Made by a program: the position numbers and the translations under genes
The notes under the pieces: model-generated
What the model was told of the DNA's origin: nothing
The model's input: only the letters and a program-made list of their open reading frames with translations
The model's database searches: none
Shown here: one piece after another, positions 11,309-20,679 of the stretch
How positions within the stretch are numbered: the first letter of the stretch is position 1
How the letters are laid out: each line of letters starts with the position of its first letter
From: an uncultured Actinomycetes bacterium
GTDB taxonomy: Bacteria; Actinomycetota; Thermoleophilia; Gaiellales; Gaiellaceae
Direction of reading: 5' to 3'
Assembly (NCBI GenBank): GCA_963848665.1
Contig: CAWKEF010000008.1
Coordinates: forward strand, 165,184 to 229,183
DNA length: 64,000 nt

Positions 11309-13153
11309 GCCTTCGCGCCATGACGGGCGCGATCGACCTGTCGGTCTCTGCGCTCGAGACGTACCTGCCGATCGCCGAGCACGGCGTCGTCGGCGACCTG
11401 CGTACGGTCGCGCTCGTCGGGACCGACGGGACGGTCGACTGGTACTGCTGCCCTCGCTTCGACTCGCCGAGCGTCTTCGCGGCGATCCTCGATCGGCACA
11501 AGGGAGGGCACTACCGCATCGCACCGTCCATGCACGACGGGACGGTCAAGCAGCTGTACTTCCCCGACACGAACGTGCTCATCACCCGCTTCCTGACCCC
11601 GCAGGGCGTGGGCGAGGTGCAGGACTTCATGCCCGTCCCGTCTGCGGGATCGGACCGGCAGCGGCTGATCCGGCGCGTGCTCTGCGTGCGCGGAACCATG
11701 CGCTTCACGATCGAGGTGCAGCCTCGCTTCGACTACGGTCGTGCGTCGCACGAGACGGTCGTGCACGAGAACGGCGTCGTCTTCCGCGGGTCAGACCTCA
11801 CGCTCGCGCTCTCGTCGACGATCGGGCTGCGCTCTGTCGGCGAACGGCGCGCACGGCGCGTTCACGCTCGAGCCGAACGAGACGGCCACCTTCGTGCTCG
11901 AGACCGTGACGGAGACGTACGTGCCGCGCGCGTTCAGCGAGGAGGAGACCCGCAAGGACTTCGAGGACACGGTCGCGTTCTGGCGCCGCTGGATCGCACG
12001 GTCGAAGTACCGCGGCCGCTGGCGCGAGATGGTGAATCGCTCGGCACTCGCGCTCAAGCTCCTGACGTATCAGCCGACGGGCGCGATGGTCGCCGCGCCC
12101 ACGACGAGCCTGCCCGAGCTGCTCGGCGGCGCGCGGAACTGGGACTACCGGTACACGTGGATCCGCGACACGGCGTTCTCGCTCTACGCGCTCCTCCGGC
12201 TCGGCTTCGTCGACGAGGCCGCCGGCTTCATGGACTGGCTCACCGATCGCTTCCGGGAGCGCGCCGGTACGGACTCGGGCCCCTTGCAGATCATGTACGG
12301 CATCGACGGCGGCTCCGACCTGCCCGAGGAGCTGCTCACGCATCTCGAGGGCTACTGCGGGTCGGCCCCTGTCCGCATCGGCAACGAGGCGGCCGACCAG
12401 CTGCAGCTCGACATCTACGGGGAGCTGATCGACTCCGTCTACCTCTACAACAAGTACGGAACGCCGATCTCGCACAGCGCCTGGAGCGACCTCGCCCGGA
12501 TCGTCGAGTGGGTGTGCGAGAACTGGGACCAGGCGGACGAGGGGATCTGGGAGGTGCGAGGCGGCCGCCAGCACTTCACGTACTCACGGCTCATGTCCTG
12601 GGTCGCGGTCGAGCGGGCGATCCGGATCGCGCGCCAGCGTGGCCTGCCCGGAGAGGTGCCGCGCTGGGCGGGCGTCCGCGACACGATCTACCACCAGGTG
12701 ATGTCGCGGGGCTGGAACGAGGAGCGCGGCGTGTTCGTCCAGCACTACGACACCGACGTACTCGACGCGTCCGTGCTGCTGATGCCGTTGACGAAGTTCG
12801 TCGCCCCGACCGATCCGCGCTGGCTCTCGACGCTCGAGGCGATCGGCAAGGAGCTCGTCTCGGACAGCCTCGTCTACCGGTACAACATCGAGGCTGCGCC
12901 CGACGGGCTCGAGGGCGACGAAGGCACCTTCTCGATCTGCACCTTCTGGTACGTCGAGGCGCTCGCCCGCGCCGGCCACGTCGACGAGGCTCGGCTCGCG
13001 TTCGAGAAGATGCTGACGTACGCGAACCACCTCGGGCTCTATTCCGAGCAGATCGGGCCGACCGGCGAGCTGCTCGGGAACTTCCCGCAGGCGTTCACCC
13101 ACCTGGCGTTGATCAGCGCCGCCGTCAACCTCGATCGGCAACTCGGCCCCTGA
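11296..13153 (+). pseudogene. glycoside hydrolase family 15 (glucoamylase/trehalase-like), one frameshift near 11.83 kb
   Basis: The N-terminal half (IAEHGVVGDLRTVALVGTDGTVDWYC.PRFDSPSVFAA) is in the frame of ORF 10837-13173. The catalytic (alpha/alpha)6 half (SLPE..GG.RNWDYRY.WIRD) is in ORF 11741-13153. Confidence 0.8.
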
Positions 13154-13169
13154 TGGGCCAGGTCCCCCG

Positions 13170-13925
13170 ATGACCAAGATCGGGCTGATCTCCGACATCC
13201 ACGGCAACCTCTTCGCGCTCGACGCCGTCCTCGCCGAGCTCGAGCGCGAGGACGTGGACGGGATCCTCTGCCTCGGCGACGTCGCGGCCGGCCCGCAGCC
13301 GGCGGCAGCCCTCGCGCGAGTCCAGGAGCTCGCCTGCCCGGTCGTGCTCGGCAACTGGGACGCCTGGTTTCTCGAGCGGCAGGCCGCCGCCCCGACGGAC
13401 GAGGTCGGGCTGCTGCTGCACGAGATCAACGCCTTCTGGGCCGACCAGCTCTCGGACGACGACCGGGAGGTGCTGCGCGGCTACCTCCCGCAGTTCGAGC
13501 TGCCGCTCGACGCCGGTGAGCGCGCCTTGTGCTTTCACGGCTCGCCCCGCTCGTACGACGACTTCATCTTCGCGACGACCTCCGACGAGGAGCTCGGCCG
13601 CATGCTGGGCGACCTGCGCCGGCCGCTCCTGATCGGGGGCCACACCCATCTCCAGCTCGTGCGCCGGTTCGAGCACTCCCTGTTCGTCAACCCCGGCTCG
13701 GTCGGGCTGCCATTCAGCGACTGGTGGCCCGACCGCGTCCTGATCGCGCCGCGGGCGGAATACGGCCTGCTCGTCCACGCCCCCGGCGAGCTCCGGGTCG
13801 AGCTGCGGCGCACGGCCTACGACGTCGGGTCGTTCCTCCGCCTGGCCCTCGAGAGCGGCATGCCGCACGCGCGCTGGTGGGTGGACTGCTGGACTGACGA
13901 AAGTCAAAGTCAGATTTATGCCTGA
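13170..13925 (+). CDS. metallophosphoesterase (calcineurin-like)
   Basis: Intact ORF with DIHGN, GD and GGHTH motifs. Confidence 0.85.
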   Translation: MTKIGLISDIHGNLFALDAVLAELEREDVDGILCLGDVAAGPQPAAALARVQELACPVVLGNWDAWFLERQAAAPTDEVGLLLHEINAFWADQLSDDDREVLRGYLPQFELPLDAGERALCFHGSPRSYDDFIFATTSDEELGRMLGDLRRPLLIGGHTHLQLVRRFEHSLFVNPGSVGLPFSDWWPDRVLIAPRAEYGLLVHAPGELRVELRRTAYDVGSFLRLALESGMPHARWWVDCWTDESQSQIYA

Positions 13926-13953
13926 TTCGGCGGCAAACACCACTTTTAAGTCG

Positions 13954-13959
13954 TACACT
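13954..13959 (+). promoter_or_regulatory. -10-like hexamer TACACT, 8 nt upstream of ATG 13968
   Basis: TANNNT close to the start codon, with no SD. Confidence 0.4.
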
Positions 13960-13967
13960 CCTAGTGA

Positions 13968-16900
13968 ATGGTCACCTGTCCGAACTGCGGGGAAGAGAAC
14001 CCCGAGCGGGCCCGGTTCTGCCTGGAATGCGGGACACCGCTCGCCGGGGCCGTTGCGGCGGCGCCGCCGCAGGTGCCGGACGAGGAGCGTAAGCTCGACA
14101 CGCTCGTCTTCGTCGACCTCGTCGGGTCGACGGCGCTCGCAGAATCGCTCGACCCCGAGGACGTCCTGGGCCTGCTCGAGCTCTACTACGGCCGCCTGCG
14201 TGCCGAGCTCGAGCGCTGCGGCGGCACGGTCGAGAAGTACATCGGCGACGCGATCGTCACGCATTTCGGCGTCCCGGTCGCCCACGAGGACGATCCCGAG
14301 CGCGCCGTTCGCGCAGCGCTCCTGATCCTCGACACGGTCGCGGCGCTCAACAGCGAGGACCCGATCCGCGAGATCCAGGTACGGATCGGCATCGCGACCG
14401 GCGAGGTGATCGCGACGCACGGCAACCGCGCCGAGGAGGGCAAGGGGATCGCCTGGGGCGACGTCCTCAACACCGCGGCCCGCATCGAATCCGCCGCGCC
14501 GGTCAACGGGATCCTCGTCGGCGAGGTCACCTACCGGGCGAGCGAGCATGCGATCGAGTACGTCGAGCACGAGCCGATCGCCGCGAAGGGCAAGGCGGAA
14601 CCGGTGCGTGTCTGGCAGGCGCTCGGCCTGCGTGAGACGACCGCGCGGGGGAGAGTGCGCGACGCGCCGCTCGTCGGCCGCGCCGCCGAGCTCGACCGCA
14701 TGCTCGCGCTCTGGGAGGCCGTACGGACGACGGGCAAGCCCGGGCTCGTGGCGATCATCGGCGATCCAGGAATCGGGAAGAGCCGCCTGCTCGCCGAGAT
14801 GGCGCACCGCGTGGCAGACGACGCCGACGTCCTCTGGGGCCGGTGCCTCTCCTACGGCGAGGGCATCACGTACTGGCCGGTCGTCGAGATCCTCGAAGGC
14901 GCAGCCGGGATCCTGAAGAGCGACGACGTCGACACGGTCTCGGGCAAGCTCGGTGCCCTCCTCGAGGGACTCGGCAGCGACGATCTCGACCAGCTTCGCA
15001 CCATGGCGTCGGCGCTCGCGAACCTGATCGGCGTGCCGCGGACGCCGCGGGGAACGTATTCCGCCGAGGAGATCTCGCAGGCCGAGCTCCACTGGGGCAT
15101 CCGCCGGGTGCTCGAGCTGCTCGCGGCAAAGCGTCCGCTCGTGATCGTCTTCGAGGACCTGCACTGGGCCGAGGAGACGCTCTTCGACCTGCTCGACTTT
15201 CTGCGCGACGCCGAGGGCCCGATCTATCTCGTCGGCTCTGCGCGGCGGGAGCTCGAGACGCTGCGGCCCGCGCTGTGCTCGGACGGCCAGAACCGGATCG
15301 CCATCGCCCTCGCGGCGCTCGGCGCGGAGGCGAGCGAGGCGCTCCTCGCCGAGCTCCTCGGCGCGCACGCGCTTCCCGCGGGCCGCCATGCCGAGCTCCT
15401 GCTCCGCAACGCCGCCGGGAACCCGCTCTTCCTCGAGGAGACCGTCCGCATGCTCGCCGATTCCGGCGCCCTCGAGGAAGGGGGCGACCTCGACGAGCTC
15501 ACGGTGCCCACGAGCCTCCAGGCGATGATCGGCTCCCGTCTCGACGGGCTGCCCGCCCAGGACAAGCGGGTCGCGCAGCACGCCTCCGTCGTCGGGAGCG
15601 TGTTCTGGAGCGGCGCCGTCGCAGACTTGCACGGGGCCGACGTCGCCCCGAGCCTGGACGCGCTCGAGCACCGCGACTTCGTCCGTGCCCACCATGAGAC
15701 GACGATCTCGGACGAGCGCGAGTGGACGTTCATGCACGCGCTGATCAAGGACGTCGCGTACGGGCGCGTGCCAAAGGGACGGCGGGCCCAGCTGCACGTC
15801 CGCTTCGTCGACTGGCTGGCCGGGCGTTCCGGCACGGGAGACGAGCTCGTGGAGATCGTCGCCTACCACCTCGAGCAGTCGTGCAAGCTCGGGCGCGAGA
15901 TCGGACGCGGCGACGTGCCGCCGCCGATCGAGCGTGCGGTCGATGCGTTGATGCGCGCCGCCGAGAAGGCCGAACGCCGGGAAGGCATCCGCGAGGCCGA
16001 CCGGTACTACGCACGCGCGCTCGAGCTCGTCGGCGACGAGCAGACCGAGCAGACGCTCGAGCTCAGGCTCGGCCGCGCCGGGACGCTGAACACGCTCGGC
16101 GAGTTCCAGAAGGCCACCGAGCTCTTTGCGTGTGTCGCGGACGAGTCGGTCGCGTTCGGCCGCCCGGATCTGCGGGCGAAGGCATTGATCGGCAGCGCGC
16201 GCATCGCGACGAAGCAGGGGCGCGCGGCCGATGCGCTCGCCCAGGTGACGGACGCCGAGGCGATCGCGGCCGAGTCGGGCGATCTCGCGCTGCAGGCCCG
16301 CGCCGGCTTCCAGGCCGCCTACGTGCGCTGGTGGTTCGAGCAGGCGGGTGAAGCGGCAGTTGCGGATCTCCGAGGGTGTCTCGCAATCGCAGAGTCGCTC
16401 GACGACACGGCGCTTCTGATCGAGGTTCGCAACAAGCTCGGGACACTCCTCTACAACGTCGGCGACCTGGCCGGGGCCGACGAGCAGTTCACGGGTCTCA
16501 TCCTGCTCGCGGGCGAGGCCGGAAGCGTCCGGGACCAGGCCCGTGCGACGTGGCAGCTCGGGCTCGTCAAGTACCACCTCGGCGAGCTCGAGGAGGCTGA
16601 GCGGCTCGGGCTGCAGGCTCTCGACTGGCTCGAGCGCACCGGTGACCGCTTCAACCAGCTCCAGAACCTCCGCACGCTCGCGCTCACCGCCCTCGCACGC
16701 GCACAGCTCCACATGGCGGAGGAGCGCTTGCGCACCGCGGTTCCGATCGCGCTCGAGATCGGCGGCGCGCTGCTCGTCGACATCTACCGGATCCTGGTCG
16801 ACGTCCTGATCGCCCAGGACCGGCTCCCCGACGCGCGCGAGCTCGCCGTGTTCGCCTTCCGGAGCGTGCCGGAGGAGGACGCGTACGCGCGGGCCGCGGG

Positions 16901-17207
16901 GCTCCTGATCGAAGCGAGCCTGCGAACCGCCGAGCGCCGCGGCGACGTCGCGGTGCAGAGCTTCACCAAGGCCCTCCAGCTCCTCGAGGAGCACCAGGGG
17001 CTGCCGCTCGACCTCGGCGAGGCCCGGCTTGCCTACGGCCGTGCGCTGCGGAAGCTCGGCAACAAGACACCGGCTCGGGTCGAGCTCGTTCGGGCGCGCG
17101 AAGATCTCGCTCGAGCGGGCGCGCGCGGGCTCGTCGATGTGATCGACCGCGAGCTCGCCGAGCTCGCGGAAGGGGCCGGCGTGGCCGGCCCCTTCGCGTC
17201 AGCCTGA
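13968..17207 (+). CDS. zinc-ribbon - class III adenylate/guanylate cyclase - AAA ATPase - TPR regulatory protein
   Basis: Intact 1079-aa ORF. It has CPNCG...CLECG at the N-terminus, a cyclase core (LVFVDLVGST...GDAIV..FG), Walker A GDPGIGKS, and a long helical-repeat C-terminus. It is a paralogue of 55988-58922. Confidence 0.9.
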   Translation: MVTCPNCGEENPERARFCLECGTPLAGAVAAAPPQVPDEERKLDTLVFVDLVGSTALAESLDPEDVLGLLELYYGRLRAELERCGGTVEKYIGDAIVTHFGVPVAHEDDPERAVRAALLILDTVAALNSEDPIREIQVRIGIATGEVIATHGNRAEEGKGIAWGDVLNTAARIESAAPVNGILVGEVTYRASEHAIEYVEHEPIAAKGKAEPVRVWQALGLRETTARGRVRDAPLVGRAAELDRMLALWEAVRTTGKPGLVAIIGDPGIGKSRLLAEMAHRVADDADVLWGRCLSYGEGITYWPVVEILEGAAGILKSDDVDTVSGKLGALLEGLGSDDLDQLRTMASALANLIGVPRTPRGTYSAEEISQAELHWGIRRVLELLAAKRPLVIVFEDLHWAEETLFDLLDFLRDAEGPIYLVGSARRELETLRPALCSDGQNRIAIALAALGAEASEALLAELLGAHALPAGRHAELLLRNAAGNPLFLEETVRMLADSGALEEGGDLDELTVPTSLQAMIGSRLDGLPAQDKRVAQHASVVGSVFWSGAVADLHGADVAPSLDALEHRDFVRAHHETTISDEREWTFMHALIKDVAYGRVPKGRRAQLHVRFVDWLAGRSGTGDELVEIVAYHLEQSCKLGREIGRGDVPPPIERAVDALMRAAEKAERREGIREADRYYARALELVGDEQTEQTLELRLGRAGTLNTLGEFQKATELFACVADESVAFGRPDLRAKALIGSARIATKQGRAADALAQVTDAEAIAAESGDLALQARAGFQAAYVRWWFEQAGEAAVADLRGCLAIAESLDDTALLIEVRNKLGTLLYNVGDLAGADEQFTGLILLAGEAGSVRDQARATWQLGLVKYHLGELEEAERLGLQALDWLERTGDRFNQLQNLRTLALTALARAQLHMAEERLRTAVPIALEIGGALLVDIYRILVDVLIAQDRLPDARELAVFAFRSVPEEDAYARAAGLLIEASLRTAERRGDVAVQSFTKALQLLEEHQGLPLDLGEARLAYGRALRKLGNKTPARVELVRAREDLARAGARGLVDVIDRELAELAEGAGVAGPFASA

Positions 17208-17216
17208 GCCCGCGCC

Positions 17217-18596
17217 TTACCGGGGCGCGCTCGTGATGCAGTTGTCGCTGCAGCACTGGGTCGGCGGGCAGAACTCGAACGGCGGCGGCGGGGGCGGCGG
17301 CGGCGCGCTGCACGCCGTCTCGCTCGTGCCGGTGCACGGGGTCTGCGTCCCGTCGATCACATGCTGTCCCGAGTCGCAGGTCGTGGCCGGCCCGCAGGAG
17401 TTCGTGAAGCTCTGACCCTGCTGCTGGACACGCTGGTCGACGGTGCAACGACCGCTCGTGTCGCACTCCCCGTACTGCTGGTCGTCCTGTAGGGCCGCCG
17501 GGCTCGAAGCATGCTGATCCGAGCGCTGGTCGACGTCGTAGACGTTGTTCGGGTTCGAGAACTGCTCCGGGTCCGACCACATCGGGCCGAACTGGCTCTG
17601 GGTCAGCGAGCCGACACGGTCAGCCTGCATGTTCTGGTGCTCCTGCTGATCGCCGTCGGCGGTCGAGAGCCCGCTGCTCGACTGGCTGAAGAAGACGCTC
17701 TCTCCGCCGCGAGTCGAGCCCTGCTGCTGCGTCGCGGTGACCGCCTTGCCGACGTGAGCGTCGTACTGGTTCTGCTGGTTCACCTGCGCGAAGTTCCGAC
17801 CCGAGTTCGAGCTCTGGTCGACGCCCGCGTTCGTGTTGATGTCGCCGTCGGCGTTCTGGGTCTGCGTGACCGACGCGCCACCCTTCGCGTCCGCGTGCAG
17901 CGCAAGCGACTGATCGATGCGGGCCGCGTTCGCGCCGCTGTCGCTGAACTGCGTCACCGACGCCTCCTGATGGCCGTTCTGCGTCTGCGCCCCGGTCGAG
18001 TCGGTGCTCTGGGTCTGCTGCTGGAGCGCCTGGTGGATCTCCACCGCATTTGGGCCGCTCCCGTTCTGCTGCAGGCTGCCGCCGTACTGGTGGGCCGTCT
18101 GGGCCGCACCGTTGTGCGCGTTCACCTGCTGGTCGATCAGCAGCCAGTTCCCACCTGTCGTGTTCGTCTGCCTGACGCTGCAGTCCTGGTCGACCATTGC
18201 CGCGTCGGACTGCTCCCGGCAGAACGCGACGTTCTGGCCGCCGCTCGAGACCTGGATGATCGTGCAGCCGTTCGGCGGCGAGGATGAGCCACCTGTCGAC
18301 GGCGTGCAGTAGAAGCGGTTGTCGTCGCCTTCCCTCGACGCGACCTGGAGTACCCGCTTCGCCTTCGTGCACGTCCAGCCCTTGCCCGGGCAGCTCGGTC
18401 CCGCGTAGTTGTGCGAGCCGCGCTGCACGACAACGCCTCGTGCACTGATGCCGAGCGAGGCCAGATACTGCACAGCCTCAGCCCGGCTCGAGATCGTGAT
18501 TGCCCCGCTCCTGTGCGTATACGCGCCTGCGCTCGAAGTGAGCACTGCCGCCGATGCCAGGATCGCGAGGACGAAAAGTCCCCCTCTACCACGCAC
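17217..18596 (-). CDS. secreted Q/N-rich repeat protein (curlin-repeat-like), Cys-rich ends, poly-Pro near C-terminus
   Basis: The GTG at 18596 lies 6 nt after GGAGAGGAG and gives the signal peptide (M)RGRGGLFVLAILASAAVLTSSAGA. The central ~250 aa carry reiterated x(V/I)xQ...G.N.A..(I/V)(D/N/H)Q units. The C-terminus has PPPPPPPP and several Cys. Confidence 0.75.
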   Translation of the reverse strand: MRGRGGLFVLAILASAAVLTSSAGAYTHRSGAITISSRAEAVQYLASLGISARGVVVQRGSHNYAGPSCPGKGWTCTKAKRVLQVASREGDDNRFYCTPSTGGSSSPPNGCTIIQVSSGGQNVAFCREQSDAAMVDQDCSVRQTNTTGGNWLLIDQQVNAHNGAAQTAHQYGGSLQQNGSGPNAVEIHQALQQQTQSTDSTGAQTQNGHQEASVTQFSDSGANAARIDQSLALHADAKGGASVTQTQNADGDINTNAGVDQSSNSGRNFAQVNQQNQYDAHVGKAVTATQQQGSTRGGESVFFSQSSSGLSTADGDQQEHQNMQADRVGSLTQSQFGPMWSDPEQFSNPNNVYDVDQRSDQHASSPAALQDDQQYGECDTSGRCTVDQRVQQQGQSFTNSCGPATTCDSGQHVIDGTQTPCTGTSETACSAPPPPPPPPFEFCPPTQCCSDNCITSAPR

Positions 18597-18731
18597 GTGT
18601 GTCTCCTCTCCCTGTACCTGCCCGCAGAAAATGCTCGCCCTCCACCTTGCAGCTATACAGCAATTCGGCGGGCGAACCAACCCCGGGCCGCAGGCTTCAC
18701 TCGAACGAGGGAGCTGGGCCGGACCGGTCGA

Positions 18732-18917
18732 TCAGTACCGGCGTCCGTCTCGCGGGCCGCGGCTCGACCAGAAGGTCCAGCCGGCCATTCCCGCGACGGC
18801 CAGCGTGAAGGCGATGCCGCCGATCCAGTCCCCGCTCGTGAACCGCCAGAGGCCGATTCCGGTCCCGATCGCGCCCATGAGCTCGATCACCTTGCGGGTC
18901 ATGACCGTTCTCGTCAT
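18732..18917 (-). CDS. small (61 aa) two-TM membrane protein
   Basis: The internal ATG at 18917 is preceded on the minus strand by TATGGT (18929-18924) plus 6 nt. The sequence is hydrophobic (IELMGAIGTGIGLW, IGGIAFTLAVAGMAGW). Confidence 0.45.
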   Translation of the reverse strand: MTRTVMTRKVIELMGAIGTGIGLWRFTSGDWIGGIAFTLAVAGMAGWTFWSSRGPRDGRRY

Positions 18918-19010
18918 CGCCCCACCATAGGCGGTCGCCCGGGCGCCTGTCGGCGAAATGTGGATCGGAGGGTGGGCGGGGGCGAGCCCGCCCACCCTCC
19001 GAGACGGAGG

Positions 19011-20597
19011 CTACGCGCCCGCGGGCTGGCCGACCGAGGGTACGCCGAGGCCGGACTCGATGCGCTCGAGCTCGTCATCGGAGCCCTGTCGAACGGGGCC
19101 CTTGAACCATTTGCGAGCCGACAGCAGGTACCACCCGCCGAAGAGGAGCAGCGCGCCGCCGACGGTGATCGGCGCGTAGTTGACGACGTTCCAGTTGAAC
19201 CCGGACTTCCACGGGATCCCCGTGGGCGTGACCGGCATCAGGAACAGGACGCAGATCAACGCGATCCACAGGATTGCGAGCGTGTCGATCCACTTGTAGT
19301 GCTTGCCGAGGTTCCACGGCCCACGCTCGAAGCGCTCGCCCGCGCGCAGGCGCAGGATGATCGGGAGCACGAACGCGATGTAGAGGCCGATGACCGCGAT
19401 CGACGTTCCGACGAGGTAGCCCGTCGCGTTGTTCCAGTACGTCGGGATCATCAGGGCCCACGAGAGCACCCCGATCGCGCACACCGAGTAGACCGGGACG
19501 CGGCTGCGGTTCACCTGGCGCCACCAGCGATGCCCGGGGATCGCGCCGTCGCGGGAGAACGCGAACATCATCCGCGAGGCAGACGTCACCGATGCCGTGC
19601 CGCAGAAGAACTGCGCGACGACGGCGATCACGAGCAGGAACTCCGCCCATCTCGTGCTCATCGAGGTCTGCCAGATATAGGTGACGATGTTCGTTCCCGC
19701 CGCGAGACCGCCCGCCGTGCTCGGGATCGCGAACGTCACCGCGAGCAGGAGCGCGAAGCCGAAGATCACGGAGACGACGACCGACATCACGATTCCCCAT
19801 GCAGCGGCTCGGGACGCGTTGCGGGTCTCCTCGCTCATGTGGGCGGACGCGTCATAGCCGGTGATCGTGTACTGCGACATCAGCAGCCCCAGGCCGAACA
19901 CGAACCAGAACACCGGGCTGTGCCAACCGTGGCCCGAGAAGCCGGAGTTGTTGATCGTCTTCGTGAAGACGTAGCTCGCCGACTGATGGTGGTCGGGGAC
20001 GATGATCAGAATCGCGACGATGATCGCGACGCCGGCCATGTGCCACCACGCGGAGATGGAGTTGATCGCCGCCAGCAGCTTGACGCCGAGCAGGTTCAGC
20101 ATCAGGTGCAGGAAGATGATCACCGTGAACGTCACGAAGATCGCGTGCCGCGTATTCGGGATCGAGGAGAACCAGAGATTCAGCAGCGAAGTCGTGAAGA
20201 TCGCCGCGCCGTAGTCGATCGCCGCGGTGACCGCAATCTGCCCGACGAGGTTGAACCACCCGGTGAACCAGCCCCAGGCGGGGCTCCCGAGCTTCGACGC
20301 CCAGAAGTAGAGGCCGCCGGCGGTCGGGTAGGTCGAGGCGATCTCGCCCATGGCGAGCGCGACGACGACGCACATGAAGCCGACGAGCAGCCAGCCCCAC
20401 GTGATCGCGACCGGGCCGCCCCATTGGAACGCGATGTAGTACGACGTCAGGCAGCCCGCGAGGATCGAGATGATCGTGAACGAGATCGCGAAGTTCGAGA
20501 ACCCGCCCATCTCGCGGTAGAGGACCTGCGCGTAACCGAGCTTGTGGAGCGTGCGCTCGTCGTCCGACGCGTGCACCCCTGGCGCTTCCGAGCTCAT
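19011..20597 (-). CDS. APC-superfamily amino acid/amine permease
   Basis: Intact 528-aa polytopic ORF. AAGGAGGA lies upstream of the ATG at 20597. The N-terminal pattern F.ISF.IIS.L.G...Y...GGP...WGW and GE..S.YPTAGGLY is typical of APC permeases. Confidence 0.9.
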   Translation of the reverse strand: MSSEAPGVHASDDERTLHKLGYAQVLYREMGGFSNFAISFTIISILAGCLTSYYIAFQWGGPVAITWGWLLVGFMCVVVALAMGEIASTYPTAGGLYFWASKLGSPAWGWFTGWFNLVGQIAVTAAIDYGAAIFTTSLLNLWFSSIPNTRHAIFVTFTVIIFLHLMLNLLGVKLLAAINSISAWWHMAGVAIIVAILIIVPDHHQSASYVFTKTINNSGFSGHGWHSPVFWFVFGLGLLMSQYTITGYDASAHMSEETRNASRAAAWGIVMSVVVSVIFGFALLLAVTFAIPSTAGGLAAGTNIVTYIWQTSMSTRWAEFLLVIAVVAQFFCGTASVTSASRMMFAFSRDGAIPGHRWWRQVNRSRVPVYSVCAIGVLSWALMIPTYWNNATGYLVGTSIAVIGLYIAFVLPIILRLRAGERFERGPWNLGKHYKWIDTLAILWIALICVLFLMPVTPTGIPWKSGFNWNVVNYAPITVGGALLLFGGWYLLSARKWFKGPVRQGSDDELERIESGLGVPSVGQPAGA

Positions 20598-20666
20598 CCA
20601 TCCTCCTTTTCGTGAGAAGACGCACTTGAAGCTAACTCTTCCGATCGGACGGTTTCAACCGTGCGA

Positions 20667-20672
20667 TAGGGT
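20667..20672 (+). promoter_or_regulatory. -10-like hexamer TAGGGT, 7 nt upstream of GTG 20680
   Basis: TANNNT close to the start codon. This supports GTG 20680 as the start of the GS-like gene. Confidence 0.4.
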
Positions 20673-20679
20673 CGCTTCC

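Noticed and set aside
13125-16994. 1289-aa ORF on the minus strand
   Set aside because: It is exactly antisense to the intact cyclase-AAA-TPR gene. Its translation is Arg/Glu/Asp/Leu-rich low-information sequence without motifs. Long antisense ORFs are expected in very GC-rich DNA.
18411-20615. 734-aa ORF on the plus strand
   Set aside because: It is antisense to the APC permease and the small membrane gene, with extreme Arg/Asp/Glu/Pro content. The opposite strand encodes a clear polytopic permease.
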